From positions 356,686 through 420,685 of the forward strand of contig JAJEJU010000023.1 in assembly GCA_021390615.1 (NCBI GenBank): a DNA stretch of 64,000 bases, read 5' to 3'. Below are positions 19,282 through 29,871 of this stretch, one piece after another. The notes below the pieces were generated by a model, which did no database searches, was not told the DNA's origin, and saw only the letters and a program-made list of their open reading frames with translations. The stretch is from Rhodanobacteraceae bacterium ZG21-1. GTDB taxonomy: Bacteria; Pseudomonadota; Gammaproteobacteria; Xanthomonadales; Rhodanobacteraceae. Numbering within the stretch: the first letter of the stretch is position 1; each line of letters opens with the position of its first letter. A program made the translations under genes and the position numbers.

Positions 19282-20409
19282 TCATTCGGGCATGCGCAGA
19301 TGGTCGCCCAGGTTCACCGGGCGCAGGCCGTCCATCACCAGGCCGTAGCTGACCCGGTCGAAGGTGCGGAACACCATCACATGGCCGACGTACTCTTCCG
19401 GCAAGGTGACCTTCTTGCCCACGCCGCGGTCCCAGCTGTTGCTGGCCACGTCGTCGGAGATGCGCTCGCCCGGCTGGTAGATCGAATAGGTCTGGCCGTT
19501 GTCGACGCCATCGCGGGCGCCGATCGACAAGGCGACCACCTGCTTCGGACCGACCGCGTCGAGCGCGTCGGAGAAGGCGATCACCCGTGCGTTGGCGGTC
19601 AGCGACTTCGGCGCATGCGGGTAGTAGTAGGGATCGTACGGCGCATCGTCGACCGGCATGATGCGGTCGCCCGCACGGATCTCCACGGTGGAGTTGAGCA
19701 GCAGCAGGGTGGACGGATCGCCCATGCGCAGCGTCTCGGCAGTGCCGATCACGGCCACTTCCATGCCCAGGTCGCGGCCGCGGGTGGCATGGCCGCTGTT
19801 GCGCATGTCCTCGCTCCACGGCGTGCGCACCATCGACACGTCGGCATCCACCGGGTCGCCGATGATCTCGCTGTCGGAGCGGTCGCGCTGATCGTCGCCG
19901 AAGCCGCGGAACACCTGGCTGGGACGCACGATCGCCCAGTGCTGGCCGGGCTGGCCTTGCAGGCCGCGCACGTAGATGTTCTGGCCGACCGTGCCACGCA
20001 GCTGAGCCTCTTCCAGGCCGACCACGTAGGGCGCCTTGCTGACCGCGCTGGAATCCATCACGCGCAGGTCTTTCAGGAAGTTCTGCAGATCCGCCAGCGG
20101 AATCGCCGGGATCGCATCCTGCTCGGGATGCACGCGCGGCTGCAGACCCAGGCGCGGCCCGTCCTGGAAGGACAGGTTCAGCACGTCGCCGGGGTAGATC
20201 AGATGAGGATTGTGCACCTGGGGATTGGCCTGCCAGATCTCCGGCCACAGCCAGGGCTTGGACAGGAACTTGGAGGAAATGCTCCAGAGGGTGTCGCCGC
20301 GACGGACGGTGTAGGTATCCGGATGATCGGCGCGAAGCTGCACGCCAGCAGCATAGACGGCCACGGTGACCAGCATGCCGGCCAGCAGCCCAATGGACTT
20401 TCTGATCAT
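19282..20409 (-). CDS. LysM peptidoglycan-binding domain protein
   Basis: It has a signal/transmembrane N-terminus (MIRKSIGLLAGMLVTVAVYAAG), and the LysM motif YTVRRGDTLWSISSKFL is found immediately after it. It is divergent from def, a conserved dprA-lysM-def neighbourhood. Confidence 0.8.
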   Translation of the reverse strand: MIRKSIGLLAGMLVTVAVYAAGVQLRADHPDTYTVRRGDTLWSISSKFLSKPWLWPEIWQANPQVHNPHLIYPGDVLNLSFQDGPRLGLQPRVHPEQDAIPAIPLADLQNFLKDLRVMDSSAVSKAPYVVGLEEAQLRGTVGQNIYVRGLQGQPGQHWAIVRPSQVFRGFGDDQRDRSDSEIIGDPVDADVSMVRTPWSEDMRNSGHATRGRDLGMEVAVIGTAETLRMGDPSTLLLLNSTVEIRAGDRIMPVDDAPYDPYYYPHAPKSLTANARVIAFSDALDAVGPKQVVALSIGARDGVDNGQTYSIYQPGERISDDVASNSWDRGVGKKVTLPEEYVGHVMVFRTFDRVSYGLVMDGLRPVNLGDHLRMPE

Positions 20410-20598
20410 AAAATAGGGATCCCCCCACTCCCAGTACTCGGCGGAGTGTAGCCGAACCGGGCACGCACACAACGGGCACCGGTTGGCACTTTGCCTGCCG
20501 GCGGGACGCGGGACGACGTACAATCGCGTTTCCAACATATAGCGCGCCCGGGCTTGGCATTCCGTCGCTTGGCCCGCATCTTGGCGTCGAGGTTCACC

Positions 20599-21108
20599 AT
20601 GTCCAAGCTAGCCATACTCGAATTCCCCGATCCGCGCCTGCGCACCCGCGCCGCGCCCGTAGAACATTTCGACGCCGAACTGAAACAGCTCGTCGCCGAC
20701 ATGTTCGAGACCATGTACGGCGCCGACGGCGTCGGCCTGGCCGCAACCCAGGTCAACGTGCATCGCCAGGTGCTGGTGGCCGACATGAGCGAGGGGCGCA
20801 ACGAGCCGTTGGCCTTGATCAATCCCGAGATCCTCGAGAAGGACGGCTCCCAGGTCTACCAGGAGGGCTGCCTGTCCTTCCCCGGCATCTACGCCGATGT
20901 CACCCGCGCGCTGAAGGTGAAGGTGAAGGCACGCGACGTCGAGGGCCGCGAGATCGTGGTCGAGGTGGAAGGGCCGCTGGCGGTGTGCATCCAGCACGAG
21001 ATGGACCACCTGGCCGGCAAGGTGTTCGTCGACTACCTGTCCCCGCTGAAGCGCTCCATGCTGCTGAAGCGGCTGGAGAAGCAGCGCAAGCAGGCGGTCG
21101 GCGGCTGA
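20599..21108 (+). CDS. def: Peptide deformylase
   Basis: It carries the three PDF motifs [17 protein letters not shown] and QHEMDHL. Confidence 0.93.
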   Translation: MSKLAILEFPDPRLRTRAAPVEHFDAELKQLVADMFETMYGADGVGLAATQVNVHRQVLVADMSEGRNEPLALINPEILEKDGSQVYQEGCLSFPGIYADVTRALKVKVKARDVEGREIVVEVEGPLAVCIQHEMDHLAGKVFVDYLSPLKRSMLLKRLEKQRKQAVGG

Positions 21109-22076
21109 TGCCGTCCGCAGCGGAGCCGGGCGCGACCGGCACGCGCGCGCTGCGGCTGGTGTTCGCCGGCACGCCGGAATTCTCGGTACCCTGCCTCGAG
21201 GCCTGCCTGCGCAGCGGCGCCGAGGTGGCGGCCGTCTACACCCAGCCGGATCGTCCGGCCGGACGCGGGCGCAAGCTCACGCCCAGTCCGGTGAAGCAGG
21301 CGGCGCTGGCCGCCGGCATCGCGGTGGAGCAGCCCGAATCGCTCAAGTCCGCCGAGGCGCAGGCCGCGCTGGCGGCCTATCGCGCCGACCTGATGGTGGT
21401 GGTGGCCTACGGCCTGATCCTGCCGCGCAAGGTGCTGGCGCTGCCCCGGCTGGGCTGCTGGAACGTGCATGCCAGCCTGCTGCCGCGCTGGCGCGGCGCC
21501 GCGCCGATCCAGCGCGCCATTCTCGCCGGCGACGCCGAGAGCGGAGTCGACCTGATGCAGATGGAGGCCGGCCTGGACACCGGTCCGGTGCTGCTGGAAC
21601 GGCGCACCGCGATCGGTCCGGAAGACACCGGCGGCAGCCTGCACGATCGCCTCTCGACTCTAGGTGCGGAAGTGCTCGCCGAGGGTCTGGCGCGCACCCT
21701 GACCGGCGAAATTCTGGCGGCCACGCCGCAGCCGGAGCTGGGCGTCGTCTACGCGCACAAGCTGGACAAGGCCGAGGCGCGGCTCGACTTCGGCCGTTCC
21801 GCTATCGAACTGGCGCGCCAGGTGCGCGCCTTCGACCCCTGGCCGGTGGCCGAGGCCGAGATCGCCGGCGAGAGCCTGCGCGTGTGGGCGGCGCAGGCGC
21901 TGGACGTCACGCCGAACGCGGCCCCGGGCAGCCTGGTCGCGGCCGGTCGCGTCGGTCTGGATATCGCCTGCGGCGAGGGCGTGCTGCGCATCACGGCGGT
22001 GCAGCGCGCCGGCGGCAAGCGCATCGGCGCGGCCGACTACCTCAACGCCCGCCCCGCCCTGCGCCAGGCGCCATGA
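21108..22076 (+). CDS. fmt: Methionyl-tRNA formyltransferase
   Basis: The TGATG start overlaps the def stop. It has a formyl-transferase N-domain ([14 protein letters not shown]...[20 protein letters not shown]) and the Fmt C-terminal domain. Confidence 0.92.
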   Translation: MPSAAEPGATGTRALRLVFAGTPEFSVPCLEACLRSGAEVAAVYTQPDRPAGRGRKLTPSPVKQAALAAGIAVEQPESLKSAEAQAALAAYRADLMVVVAYGLILPRKVLALPRLGCWNVHASLLPRWRGAAPIQRAILAGDAESGVDLMQMEAGLDTGPVLLERRTAIGPEDTGGSLHDRLSTLGAEVLAEGLARTLTGEILAATPQPELGVVYAHKLDKAEARLDFGRSAIELARQVRAFDPWPVAEAEIAGESLRVWAAQALDVTPNAAPGSLVAAGRVGLDIACGEGVLRITAVQRAGGKRIGAADYLNARPALRQAP

Positions 22077-23371
22077 GCGTCGACACGCGCGCGCTGGCCG
22101 CCGAAGCGCTGGCCGAAATCGCCTTGCGCGGCGCCTCGCTGCGCGAGGTGATGGAACGCAGTGCACCGAAACTTGCGGATTCGCGCGACCGCGCCCTGCT
22201 GATGGCCTTGCTCAGCGACGGCGCGCGCTGGTGGCTGCGCTTCGACGCCGCCCTGGACCTGCTGCTGGACAAGCCGCTGCGGCGCAAAGAGCCCGCCGTG
22301 CACGCCCTGCTGGTGCTCGGCCTGGTGCAGCTGGAAATCCTGCAGTTGCAGGACTATGCAGCGGTGGCGGCCACGGTGGAAGCGGCGCGCGCGCTGCGCC
22401 GGCCGCAGCTGGCCGGCCTGGTGAACGCCGTATTGCGGCGCTGGCAGCGCGAGCGCGAAACCTTGCTGACGCGGCTCGACGCCGACCCGCAGGCGCGCCA
22501 CGCCCATCCGGCCTGGCTGGCCGCCACGCTGGCGCGCGACTGGCCAGAACGCGCCGAGGCGGTGATGGCCGCCGACAACCAGGAACCGCCGCTGATGCTG
22601 CGGGCGAACCGGCGCCGGATCGAGCGCGACGCGCTGATCGAGCGCCTGCGCGCAGCCGGTCACGACGCCCAGGCGCACGCTTGGTTGCGCGACGCCATCG
22701 CACTGCCGCACAGCACCGACGTCACCCGCCTGCCCGGCTTCGCCGAAGGCGCCTTCGCGGTGCAGGACGGCGCAGCCCAGGTGGCTGCGGACCTCGCCGA
22801 GCTGCGCGACGGCCAGCGCGTGCTGGACGCCTGCGCCGCACCGGGCGGCAAGACCTGCCACTTGCTCGAGCGCGCCGCAGTCGAGCTGACCGCTCTCGAA
22901 CTCGACCCGGCGCGCGCCGCGCGCATCGGCCAGAATCTGGACCGGCTGGGCCTGGAGGCGCAGGTGCTGATCGGCGACGCCAGCACGCCGCGCGCGTGGT
23001 GGAACGAGCAGCGCTACGAACGCATCCTGGTCGACGCGCCCTGCTCCGCCACCGGCGTGCTGCGCCGTCGCCCCGACGTGCGCCTGCACCGGCGCGAACA
23101 GGACATCGCCGCGCTAAGCACGCTGCAGCGACGCATCGTCAGCGGGCTATGGCCGCTGCTGGCGCGCGGCGGGCGACTGATCTACGTGACCTGCTCGGTG
23201 CTGCGCGCCGAGAACGAGGCGCTGATCGATTTCCTGCTCGAAGCCACTGTCGACGCGCGTGTGCTGCCGTTCACCCTACCGGTCGGGCAGGCCGCCGGCC
23301 ATGGCTGGCAGATCCTGCCGGGCGATGGCGATCTCGACGGCATGTACTATGCCGTACTCGAAAAAATCTGA
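22073..23371 (+). CDS. rsmB: 16S rRNA (cytosine967-C5)-methyltransferase RsmB/Sun
   Basis: It has a NusB-like N-domain and the SAM-methyltransferase motifs [23 protein letters not shown] and YVTCSV. Its ATGA start overlaps the fmt stop. Confidence 0.9.
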   Translation: MSVDTRALAAEALAEIALRGASLREVMERSAPKLADSRDRALLMALLSDGARWWLRFDAALDLLLDKPLRRKEPAVHALLVLGLVQLEILQLQDYAAVAATVEAARALRRPQLAGLVNAVLRRWQRERETLLTRLDADPQARHAHPAWLAATLARDWPERAEAVMAADNQEPPLMLRANRRRIERDALIERLRAAGHDAQAHAWLRDAIALPHSTDVTRLPGFAEGAFAVQDGAAQVAADLAELRDGQRVLDACAAPGGKTCHLLERAAVELTALELDPARAARIGQNLDRLGLEAQVLIGDASTPRAWWNEQRYERILVDAPCSATGVLRRRPDVRLHRREQDIAALSTLQRRIVSGLWPLLARGGRLIYVTCSVLRAENEALIDFLLEATVDARVLPFTLPVGQAAGHGWQILPGDGDLDGMYYAVLEKI

Positions 23372-23384
23372 GCCGCCGCATCGC

Positions 23385-25121
23385 ATGCTTTCCGTCACCG
23401 CCGCGACACCCCGGGAACGCCGCCAGTTCTGGCTGCTGATGCTGTTCGCCCTGGTGGTGATCGGGGTCGGCATCGGCCTGCGCGATCCGTGGCCTTCGGA
23501 CGAACCGCGCTTCACCCTGGCCGCCAAGCAGATGGTGGAAAGCGGCGACTGGCTGTTCCCGCATCGCGGCAGCGAGCTGTATTCGGACAAGCCGCCGATG
23601 CTGCTGTGGCTGGAGGCGTCCAGCTTCGAGGCGGTGCGCAACTGGCGCATCGCCTTCCTGCTGCCGTCGCTGCTGGCCGGCCTCGCCACGCTGGTGCTGG
23701 TCTACGACCTGGGCCGCCGCCTGTGGAGCCGCAAGGTGGGCCTGTATGCGGCGATGGCGCTGCTGCTGAGCTTCCAGTTCGTCTACCAGACCAAGCGCGC
23801 GCAGATCGATCCGCTGGTGATGTTCTTCATCACCGCAGCCAACTGGGGCTTGCTGCGGCACTGCCTGCTCGGGCCGAACTGGCGTGCCTACTGGCTGGGC
23901 TGCTTCTGTGCCGGCCTGGGCGTGATCACCAAGGGCGTCGGCGTGCTCGCCCTGTTCATGCTGGTGCCGTATGCCTATGCCGCGGCACGGCGCTGGGACG
24001 GGGTGGCGACGATGGGCCGCGGCGCAGCCTGGCGCTGGGCGCTGGGCCTGCCAGCGCTGCTGCTGGCGGTGGCGCTGTGGCTGCTGCCGATGCTGCTGGC
24101 GGTGCATGCGCATGCCGGCCAGCCGAGCTATGCCGCCTACGCCAACGACATCCTGTTCCACCAGACCGCCGGCCGCTACGCGAAGTCCTGGGACCATCAT
24201 CATTCGCCGCTGTACTACGTGCCGATCGTGCTGTTCAGCTGGCTGCCGCTGTCGCTGACCTACCCGGGCACGCTGCCGCGCTGGTGGCGCCGGCTGCGCG
24301 AGCGCGATGCGCGGATCCTGCTGCCGCTGGGCTGGATCGTGCTGATCCTGGTGTTCTTCAGCATCCCGATGGGCAAGCGCGACGTCTACATCATGCCGGC
24401 GCTGCCGATGCTGGCGCTGGTCAGCGGCCCCTTCCTTGAAGAGCTGCTGCAGACCCGCTGGCTGCGCATGCTCGGCCTGGGCTTCATCGGCATCGTCGCC
24501 ACCGGCATGCTCGCCACCGGCGCCTACGCGCTGGCGGCGCATCCGAAATTCGCCGCCGAACTGGCCACCGCACGCGGCTTCACCGACGGCGGACGCTCGC
24601 TGTGGCTGCTGCTGATCAGCATCGGCGCGCTGCAGTGGCTGCTGCTGGCGGCGCTGCGTCTGCGCCGCGCCGGCTGGGCGGTCGCCGGCGGCATGGCCGT
24701 GATGTGGCTGGGCTGGGGCCTGTGGGGCTACCCGCTGCTCAACGATTCCAGCTCGGCGGCCGGCCTGATGGCCGAGGTGCGTACCCACCTCGCGCCCGGC
24801 GACCAGCTGGGCATGGTGGCCTGGAAGGAGCAGAACCTGCTGATGCTGGACCAGCCGGCCACCGATTTCGGCTTCACCGTCCCGTTCCACCAGCAGTACG
24901 TCGACGGCGTGCGCTGGCAGGCGCAGGACCCGGCGCGGCGCTGGCTGTTCGCGCTGGATTCGGTGATGGGCCAGTGCGTGGACCGCAGCAAGGCCTTGAG
25001 CCTGGGCCACGCCAATCGCCGCGAATGGTGGATGTTCAAGGCCGACGCGGTGGTGCCGGGCTGCACGCCGAACGCCGATGTCGATCGCGTGGGCGCCGAC
25101 GCCACCGACAACGGCGACTGA
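23385..25121 (+). CDS. Glycosyltransferase family 39/83 (ArnT/PMT-like, lipid-carrier dependent)
   Basis: It is a polytopic membrane protein with an N-terminal DE-containing loop (RDPWPSDEPRFTLAAKQMVESGDWLFP...YSDKPPMLLWL), matching the ArnT/PMT_2 signature. Confidence 0.75.
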   Translation: MLSVTAATPRERRQFWLLMLFALVVIGVGIGLRDPWPSDEPRFTLAAKQMVESGDWLFPHRGSELYSDKPPMLLWLEASSFEAVRNWRIAFLLPSLLAGLATLVLVYDLGRRLWSRKVGLYAAMALLLSFQFVYQTKRAQIDPLVMFFITAANWGLLRHCLLGPNWRAYWLGCFCAGLGVITKGVGVLALFMLVPYAYAAARRWDGVATMGRGAAWRWALGLPALLLAVALWLLPMLLAVHAHAGQPSYAAYANDILFHQTAGRYAKSWDHHHSPLYYVPIVLFSWLPLSLTYPGTLPRWWRRLRERDARILLPLGWIVLILVFFSIPMGKRDVYIMPALPMLALVSGPFLEELLQTRWLRMLGLGFIGIVATGMLATGAYALAAHPKFAAELATARGFTDGGRSLWLLLISIGALQWLLLAALRLRRAGWAVAGGMAVMWLGWGLWGYPLLNDSSSAAGLMAEVRTHLAPGDQLGMVAWKEQNLLMLDQPATDFGFTVPFHQQYVDGVRWQAQDPARRWLFALDSVMGQCVDRSKALSLGHANRREWWMFKADAVVPGCTPNADVDRVGADATDNGD

Positions 25122-25160
25122 GCCGCGCACGGGCACCTCCGCGCCCATTCGCCTTCGTGT

Positions 25161-26327
25161 TCAATCCTGGCCCAGCAGGCGCCGATAGACCGCCTCGGTG
25201 CGTTCGACGAACAGCGGCAGGCCGAAGTCGCGTTCGGCGTGCATTCGCGCCGCAGCACCCATTGCAGGCAGCCGCTCCCGCTGGTCGAGCAGGCGCTGCA
25301 CCTGCGTCGCGATGGCGGCGTGATCGCGCGGCGGCACGCGCCAGCCGTCCTCGCCTTCGCGGATGTTTTCCGGCAGCCCGGCGTAGTCGCTGACCAGCAC
25401 CGGCTTGCCCATCGCCATCATCTCGCGACAAGCGAAGGAGATGGTTTCCACATCCCAGGACAGCACGAAGCCGGCATCGAAGGCGGCCACCGCCGGGCGC
25501 ACGTCGTCGAGCAGACCGGCGAAGTGCACCTGCGCGGTCAGGCCGAGCTGCTCGATGCGCTGGCGCGTCTCGGCCGGCGGCTCGTGTCCGGCCAGCAGCA
25601 GGTGCACCTGCGCGCGCGCCGGCCCCGGCAGTGTCGCCAGCGCTTCGACCAGGTCCATCCAGCCCTTGTAGGCAGCCGTGCCGGCGTTGCTGCCGAGCAG
25701 CAGGCCGCTGCGTCCGCCCACCCATCGCTCGCGTTGCGCGGCGCCGGCATCCGCCGGCCACGGCCGGAAATGCGCGATGTCGACACCGTTCGGCACGGTA
25801 TCCAGGCGACAGCGCCGGTAGGGCGAAGCCTCCAGCGCGCGTCGGGTGTAGTCGCATACGGCGATCACCTGATCGGTGCCCCAGCGCGCACGCCAGGCAT
25901 GGCCGAGGCCGTTCATCGGCTTGGAATTGTGCTTGGTCAGCACGATCCGCGGCGACCGGCGCAGGCCGCGCCGCGCGGCCAGGGTCAGCCGGTGATCGGC
26001 CGAGCCGTTGACGTGGACGAGGTCGAAGGCGTGCTCGCGAAGATAGGCGGCCAATTGGCGGCGCGCCCGCCGCCGCGCGGCCAGCCGGTTCAGGCCGTTC
26101 GGGAAGGGCTGCGCCAGCGCGTGCACGCCGGGCAATACGCGGGCTTCACGGTATAGACGGCTAACTGGCGGCGCCGCCACGTGTACCTCGTGACGGTCGG
26201 CCAGGGCCGCCGCCAAGGTAGCCACGTAGGTAGTGTGTCCGCCGCCGTCGCCGTCGTGGAAATTGGTGAACAGCAGCTTCAAGGGCCGGGCCTCGACATG
26301 AAGGATTTTGCGGCATGGCCGCCTCAC
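25161..26327 (-). CDS. Glycosyltransferase family 4 (GT-B, RfaG-like)
   Basis: It has the GT4 C-terminal motif (...VLVSDYAGLPENIREGEDGW...) and a GGG-loop N-terminus (KLLFTNFHDGDGGGHTTY). The true start may be the in-frame TTG at 26282 (MKLLFTNF...) rather than the GTG at 26327. Confidence 0.8.
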   Translation of the reverse strand: MRRPCRKILHVEARPLKLLFTNFHDGDGGGHTTYVATLAAALADRHEVHVAAPPVSRLYREARVLPGVHALAQPFPNGLNRLAARRRARRQLAAYLREHAFDLVHVNGSADHRLTLAARRGLRRSPRIVLTKHNSKPMNGLGHAWRARWGTDQVIAVCDYTRRALEASPYRRCRLDTVPNGVDIAHFRPWPADAGAAQRERWVGGRSGLLLGSNAGTAAYKGWMDLVEALATLPGPARAQVHLLLAGHEPPAETRQRIEQLGLTAQVHFAGLLDDVRPAVAAFDAGFVLSWDVETISFACREMMAMGKPVLVSDYAGLPENIREGEDGWRVPPRDHAAIATQVQRLLDQRERLPAMGAAARMHAERDFGLPLFVERTEAVYRRLLGQD

Positions 26328-26579
26328 TGCACCGACGATGAATGCGCTCCGGCCGCGCCAGCCCCAGGCCAGTGCGATTAAGCATGCCTAAAGTACCATG
26401 CGGTATAGATGGACCCGGGATGTCGAGGCTTTCCGGCAGCACATGGCAAGGTCGTCGCAGGCGTGTGCCGTGCGATGTATCCGCGATGGGCTTGGAGCGA
26501 GGTCGATGGGCATATACGACGAGGCGGGCTCACCCTGCGCCACCGGCAAGCCCTACGAGGGAGGATGGGAAGGTTCCGC

Positions 26580-27863
26580 ATGACTAAGGCTTTGATGCTG
26601 GCTGAAGGCTATCTCGCACAGGAGAAATCCAGGTCCTGGCAGCCGTGGACGTTCTCCGTCCTGGTCGCCATGATGCCCCTGTCCTTCGCCGTGGATCAGC
26701 GCCTGAAGATCCTGCCCAGCGTGCTGCTGTTCGTGCTCGGCCTTGGCCTGATCGTCAGCAACGCGCAGACCCGCGCCAGCTATCGGATGGCCTGGACAGT
26801 AGTGGCGACGGCCTTGCTCAGCCTGCTCTACGCCGCGCTCAACATCGTCGGCCACCGCCTGAGCTGGCGCCCGCTGGATCTGCCGACCCACGTGCTGCTG
26901 TACGTGGTGACCGCCGCCGCCTTCACCGCGCCGCTGCGCATGCGCACGGTGTGGCTCGGCTTCAGCCTCAGCGCGATCGCGCTGGGCACCGTCTGTGTGC
27001 TGCAGCACTACGTGCTCGGCGCCGACCGCGCCTACGGACTGAACGGCGGCGACTGGGGCGCGATCGAATTCGCCATGGTGATGCTGGCGCTGGCCCTGAT
27101 GGCCCTGGTGCAGGTGCTCAGCCCCGTCACCGGCTATGCCGAGAAGCTGCTGCACGGCGCCGGTATGCTGCTGGGCATCTACGGCGCCATGCTGACCCAG
27201 AGCCGCGGCCCGCTGCTGGCCTTCGTGCCGGTGTTCCTGCTGCTGGTGCTGCTGCATGTGCGCCGCACCGGCCGCTGGCGCCGCAGCCTGCTGATGGTCG
27301 GCCTGGTCGGGCTCGCCGCGGTCATCGCCACTGCGTCGCTGCGCGGCGAGATGCTGGGGCGCTTCGCCGCGATCCAGCAGGAAATCACCACCTTCGACCA
27401 TCAGCACGAAGCCGAGGGCGCCGTGCGCGAACGCATCGAAATGTGGCGGACCGCCCGCCGCGCCTTCGCCGAGCACCCGCTGGGCGGCGTCGGCATCGAC
27501 CAGTTCGGCACTTACGCGCGCAATGAGGTCGCGGCTGGGCGCAGCAATCCGGTGATCGTGAAATACGACCATCCGCACAACGAATACCTGGAGGCGGCCG
27601 CCACCGGCGGCGTGCCCGGCCTGCTGGTGCTGCTGCTGACCTTCGGCGTACCGCTGGCCTGCTTCGGGCGCTACCTGCTGGACCAGGACGAGGAACTCGC
27701 CGTGCCCGCCGCGGCCGGCGCGGCGGTGGTGATCCTCTACGTGCTGTGCGCGCTCACCGACAACGTGTTCTATCGGGCGATGCCGCAGTCGCTGTATTTC
27801 TTCATCGTGCTCGGGCTGGCGGTGCTGATCGGACGCCGGCAGCTGTCGCGCGCGGCAACCTGA
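26580..27863 (+). CDS. waaL: O-antigen ligase family protein (WaaL-like)
   Basis: It has 10-12 transmembrane helices and a large periplasmic loop carrying the Wzy_C motif (...RGPLLAF...YDHPHNEYLE). A GGAGG-like ribosome-binding site lies upstream of the ATG at 26580. The start was reset from the track ORF at 26409. Confidence 0.8.
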   Translation: MTKALMLAEGYLAQEKSRSWQPWTFSVLVAMMPLSFAVDQRLKILPSVLLFVLGLGLIVSNAQTRASYRMAWTVVATALLSLLYAALNIVGHRLSWRPLDLPTHVLLYVVTAAAFTAPLRMRTVWLGFSLSAIALGTVCVLQHYVLGADRAYGLNGGDWGAIEFAMVMLALALMALVQVLSPVTGYAEKLLHGAGMLLGIYGAMLTQSRGPLLAFVPVFLLLVLLHVRRTGRWRRSLLMVGLVGLAAVIATASLRGEMLGRFAAIQQEITTFDHQHEAEGAVRERIEMWRTARRAFAEHPLGGVGIDQFGTYARNEVAAGRSNPVIVKYDHPHNEYLEAAATGGVPGLLVLLLTFGVPLACFGRYLLDQDEELAVPAAAGAAVVILYVLCALTDNVFYRAMPQSLYFFIVLGLAVLIGRRQLSRAAT

Positions 27864-27998
27864 GCGATCGGCCAGGCCCTGCCGGAACTGTGCCGGGATT
27901 ACCGCGGCGCCGCGCGCCGGCGTAAACTGCCCCGCCTTCTTCCGGCGCGCGCAGGCGACGCGCCATCCGAGCCACCCGACAGGTACGAACAGACCGCG

Positions 27999-29003
27999 AT
28001 GGCGCGCATCAACCTGATCGCCTGGGACAACGGCCGCGGGCTCAGCCACGATATTCGCCTGCTGCGCGCGGCGCTGGAGTCGCTGCGCCACGAGGTCACC
28101 GTGACCGACGTCGGCCCGTCGCGCAAACGCCAACGGCTGCGCGCGCTGGCCCAGCGGCTGCGCCTGCTGCGGCGATGGCTGCGCGGCGGATGTCGCGGCA
28201 GCTGGCGGCATGACGTGAACATCACCCTCGAACATGCCTTACCGGCGTACCTCGGACTGGCCCGGCGCAATCTGTTCATTCCGAATCCGGAGTGGCTGTC
28301 GCCGCGCGACGAGCGCCACCTGCACCGCTTCGACGCCTTGCTGGCCAAGACCCGCGTCGCCACCGCGATCTTCGCGGCGCGCGGCCTGACTACCCGCCAT
28401 ATCGGCTTCCAGAGCGTCGACTGTCTCGATCGCTCGGTGCCGCGCGAGGCGGGCTTTCTGCATCTGGCCGGGGCCAGCCGCATGAAGGGCACGGCGCGCC
28501 TGCTGGCGGTGTGGGCGCGCCATCCGGAATGGCCGCGGCTGCTGGTGCTGCAGTCGGCGCAGACTGCTGCCGCGATGCCCGACGTCGCGGCCTGCGCCAA
28601 TATCGAGCATCGCGTGGGCACCGTGGCGGAGATCGCCGAGATACGCCGGCTGCAGAATGCGCATGCGGTGCATCTGTGCCTGTCCGAGGCGGAAGGCTGG
28701 GGCCATTACATCGTCGAGGCGATGAGCTGCGGCGCAGTGGTGCTCAGCTGCGACGCGCCACCGATGAACGAACTGGTGGAGGCCGACCGCGGCATTCCGG
28801 TGGCCGCCCATCCGACCGAACCGTTGAACGCGGCGATGCGCTACGCCTTCGACGAGGCTGCACTGGAGGCCGCGATCGAGCGCGTGCGCACGACGGATGC
28901 GGCCGAGCTGCACGCGCTGGGCGAGCGGGCGCGAGCCTGGTTCGAGGCCAATCAGCGCGACTTCGCCGCCCGGCTGGAAGCCGCGCTGCGGCCGGAGCTC
29001 TGA
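27999..29003 (+). CDS. Glycosyltransferase (GT1/GT4-like C-terminal domain)
   Basis: It has a C-terminal EX7E-like motif (SEAEGWGHYIVEAMSCGAVVL). It is an LPS-core type glycosyltransferase. The N-terminal half is divergent. Confidence 0.6.
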   Translation: MARINLIAWDNGRGLSHDIRLLRAALESLRHEVTVTDVGPSRKRQRLRALAQRLRLLRRWLRGGCRGSWRHDVNITLEHALPAYLGLARRNLFIPNPEWLSPRDERHLHRFDALLAKTRVATAIFAARGLTTRHIGFQSVDCLDRSVPREAGFLHLAGASRMKGTARLLAVWARHPEWPRLLVLQSAQTAAAMPDVAACANIEHRVGTVAEIAEIRRLQNAHAVHLCLSEAEGWGHYIVEAMSCGAVVLSCDAPPMNELVEADRGIPVAAHPTEPLNAAMRYAFDEAALEAAIERVRTTDAAELHALGERARAWFEANQRDFAARLEAALRPEL

Positions 29004-29048
29004 GCTGCGGTGGGCAAAGCCCACGTCGCGATCCGCTAGAATTCGGCC

Positions 29049-29864
29049 ATGTCGACCCTGCCGATCACGCTCGCCGTCATCACCTACAACGAAGCGGCGA
29101 ACATCGCCCGCTGCCTGGACAGCGTGCCGTTCGCGGCGGAAAAGCTGGTGCTCGACAGCGGCAGCGAGGACGCCACGGTGGCGATCGCCCGCGCCCACGG
29201 CGCGCGGGTGGAGCATCAGGACTGGCTGGGCTTCGGCCCGCAGCGCAACGCCGCCTCGGCGCTGTCCGCGCACGACTGGATCCTGGTGCTCGACGCCGAC
29301 GAATATCTTTCGCCCGAGCTTGCGGCCGAGCTGCAGCAGCGGCTGCCGGCGCTGATGGCCGGTACGGGCGCCGCCGCCTGGCTGCGCCGCAGCACCATCT
29401 ACATGGGCAAGCCGATGCGCTGGTATCGCCCGGCGGTGGGCGAGAAGATGGCCCGGCTCTACCATCGCGGCCGGGCACGCTGGAGCGATGCGCGCGTGCA
29501 CGAGTCGCTGCGCTTCGACGGCGAGGCGCCCACCCTGCGCGCACCCTTCAATCACATCAACAACCCGACCCTGGTGCACAAGCAGCTCAAGGTGCTGCGC
29601 TACTCCGAGCTGAAGTGCCGCGACTGGCTGGACAAGGGCAAGCCGGTGCGCATGTGGCAGACCCCGTTCGTGCTGCTGTTCGCCTTCATCAAGGACTATG
29701 TGTTCCGGCTGGCCTTCCTGGACGGCTGGCGCGGCTACATGGTGGCGCATACCGCCGCCACCTACGCCGCCTACAAGCGCATGCGCTACTACGAGATGCG
29801 GCACAACCCCGACTCCGTCGCGCTGGCTGCCGACGCATTGTCGCGCCACGCCATCGACCGCTGA
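29049..29864 (+). CDS. Glycosyltransferase family 2 (LPS core, WaaE/KdtX-like)
   Basis: It has the N-terminal motif ITLAVITYNEAANIARCLDS, a DAD motif (LVLDADEYLS) and the typical GT2 Rossmann domain. Confidence 0.8.
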   Translation: MSTLPITLAVITYNEAANIARCLDSVPFAAEKLVLDSGSEDATVAIARAHGARVEHQDWLGFGPQRNAASALSAHDWILVLDADEYLSPELAAELQQRLPALMAGTGAAAWLRRSTIYMGKPMRWYRPAVGEKMARLYHRGRARWSDARVHESLRFDGEAPTLRAPFNHINNPTLVHKQLKVLRYSELKCRDWLDKGKPVRMWQTPFVLLFAFIKDYVFRLAFLDGWRGYMVAHTAATYAAYKRMRYYEMRHNPDSVALAADALSRHAIDR

Positions 29865-29871
29865 GCCACGC

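Noticed and set aside
23271-25148. 625-aa minus ORF and other long frames across 23.3-29.9 kb (26553..28235, 28239..29873, 28292..29875)
   Set aside because: They are antisense or alternative frames of the LPS-locus genes, which show GT39, WaaL, GT4 and GT2 motifs. These frames have no motifs and are homopolymeric Arg/Ala/Gly-rich.
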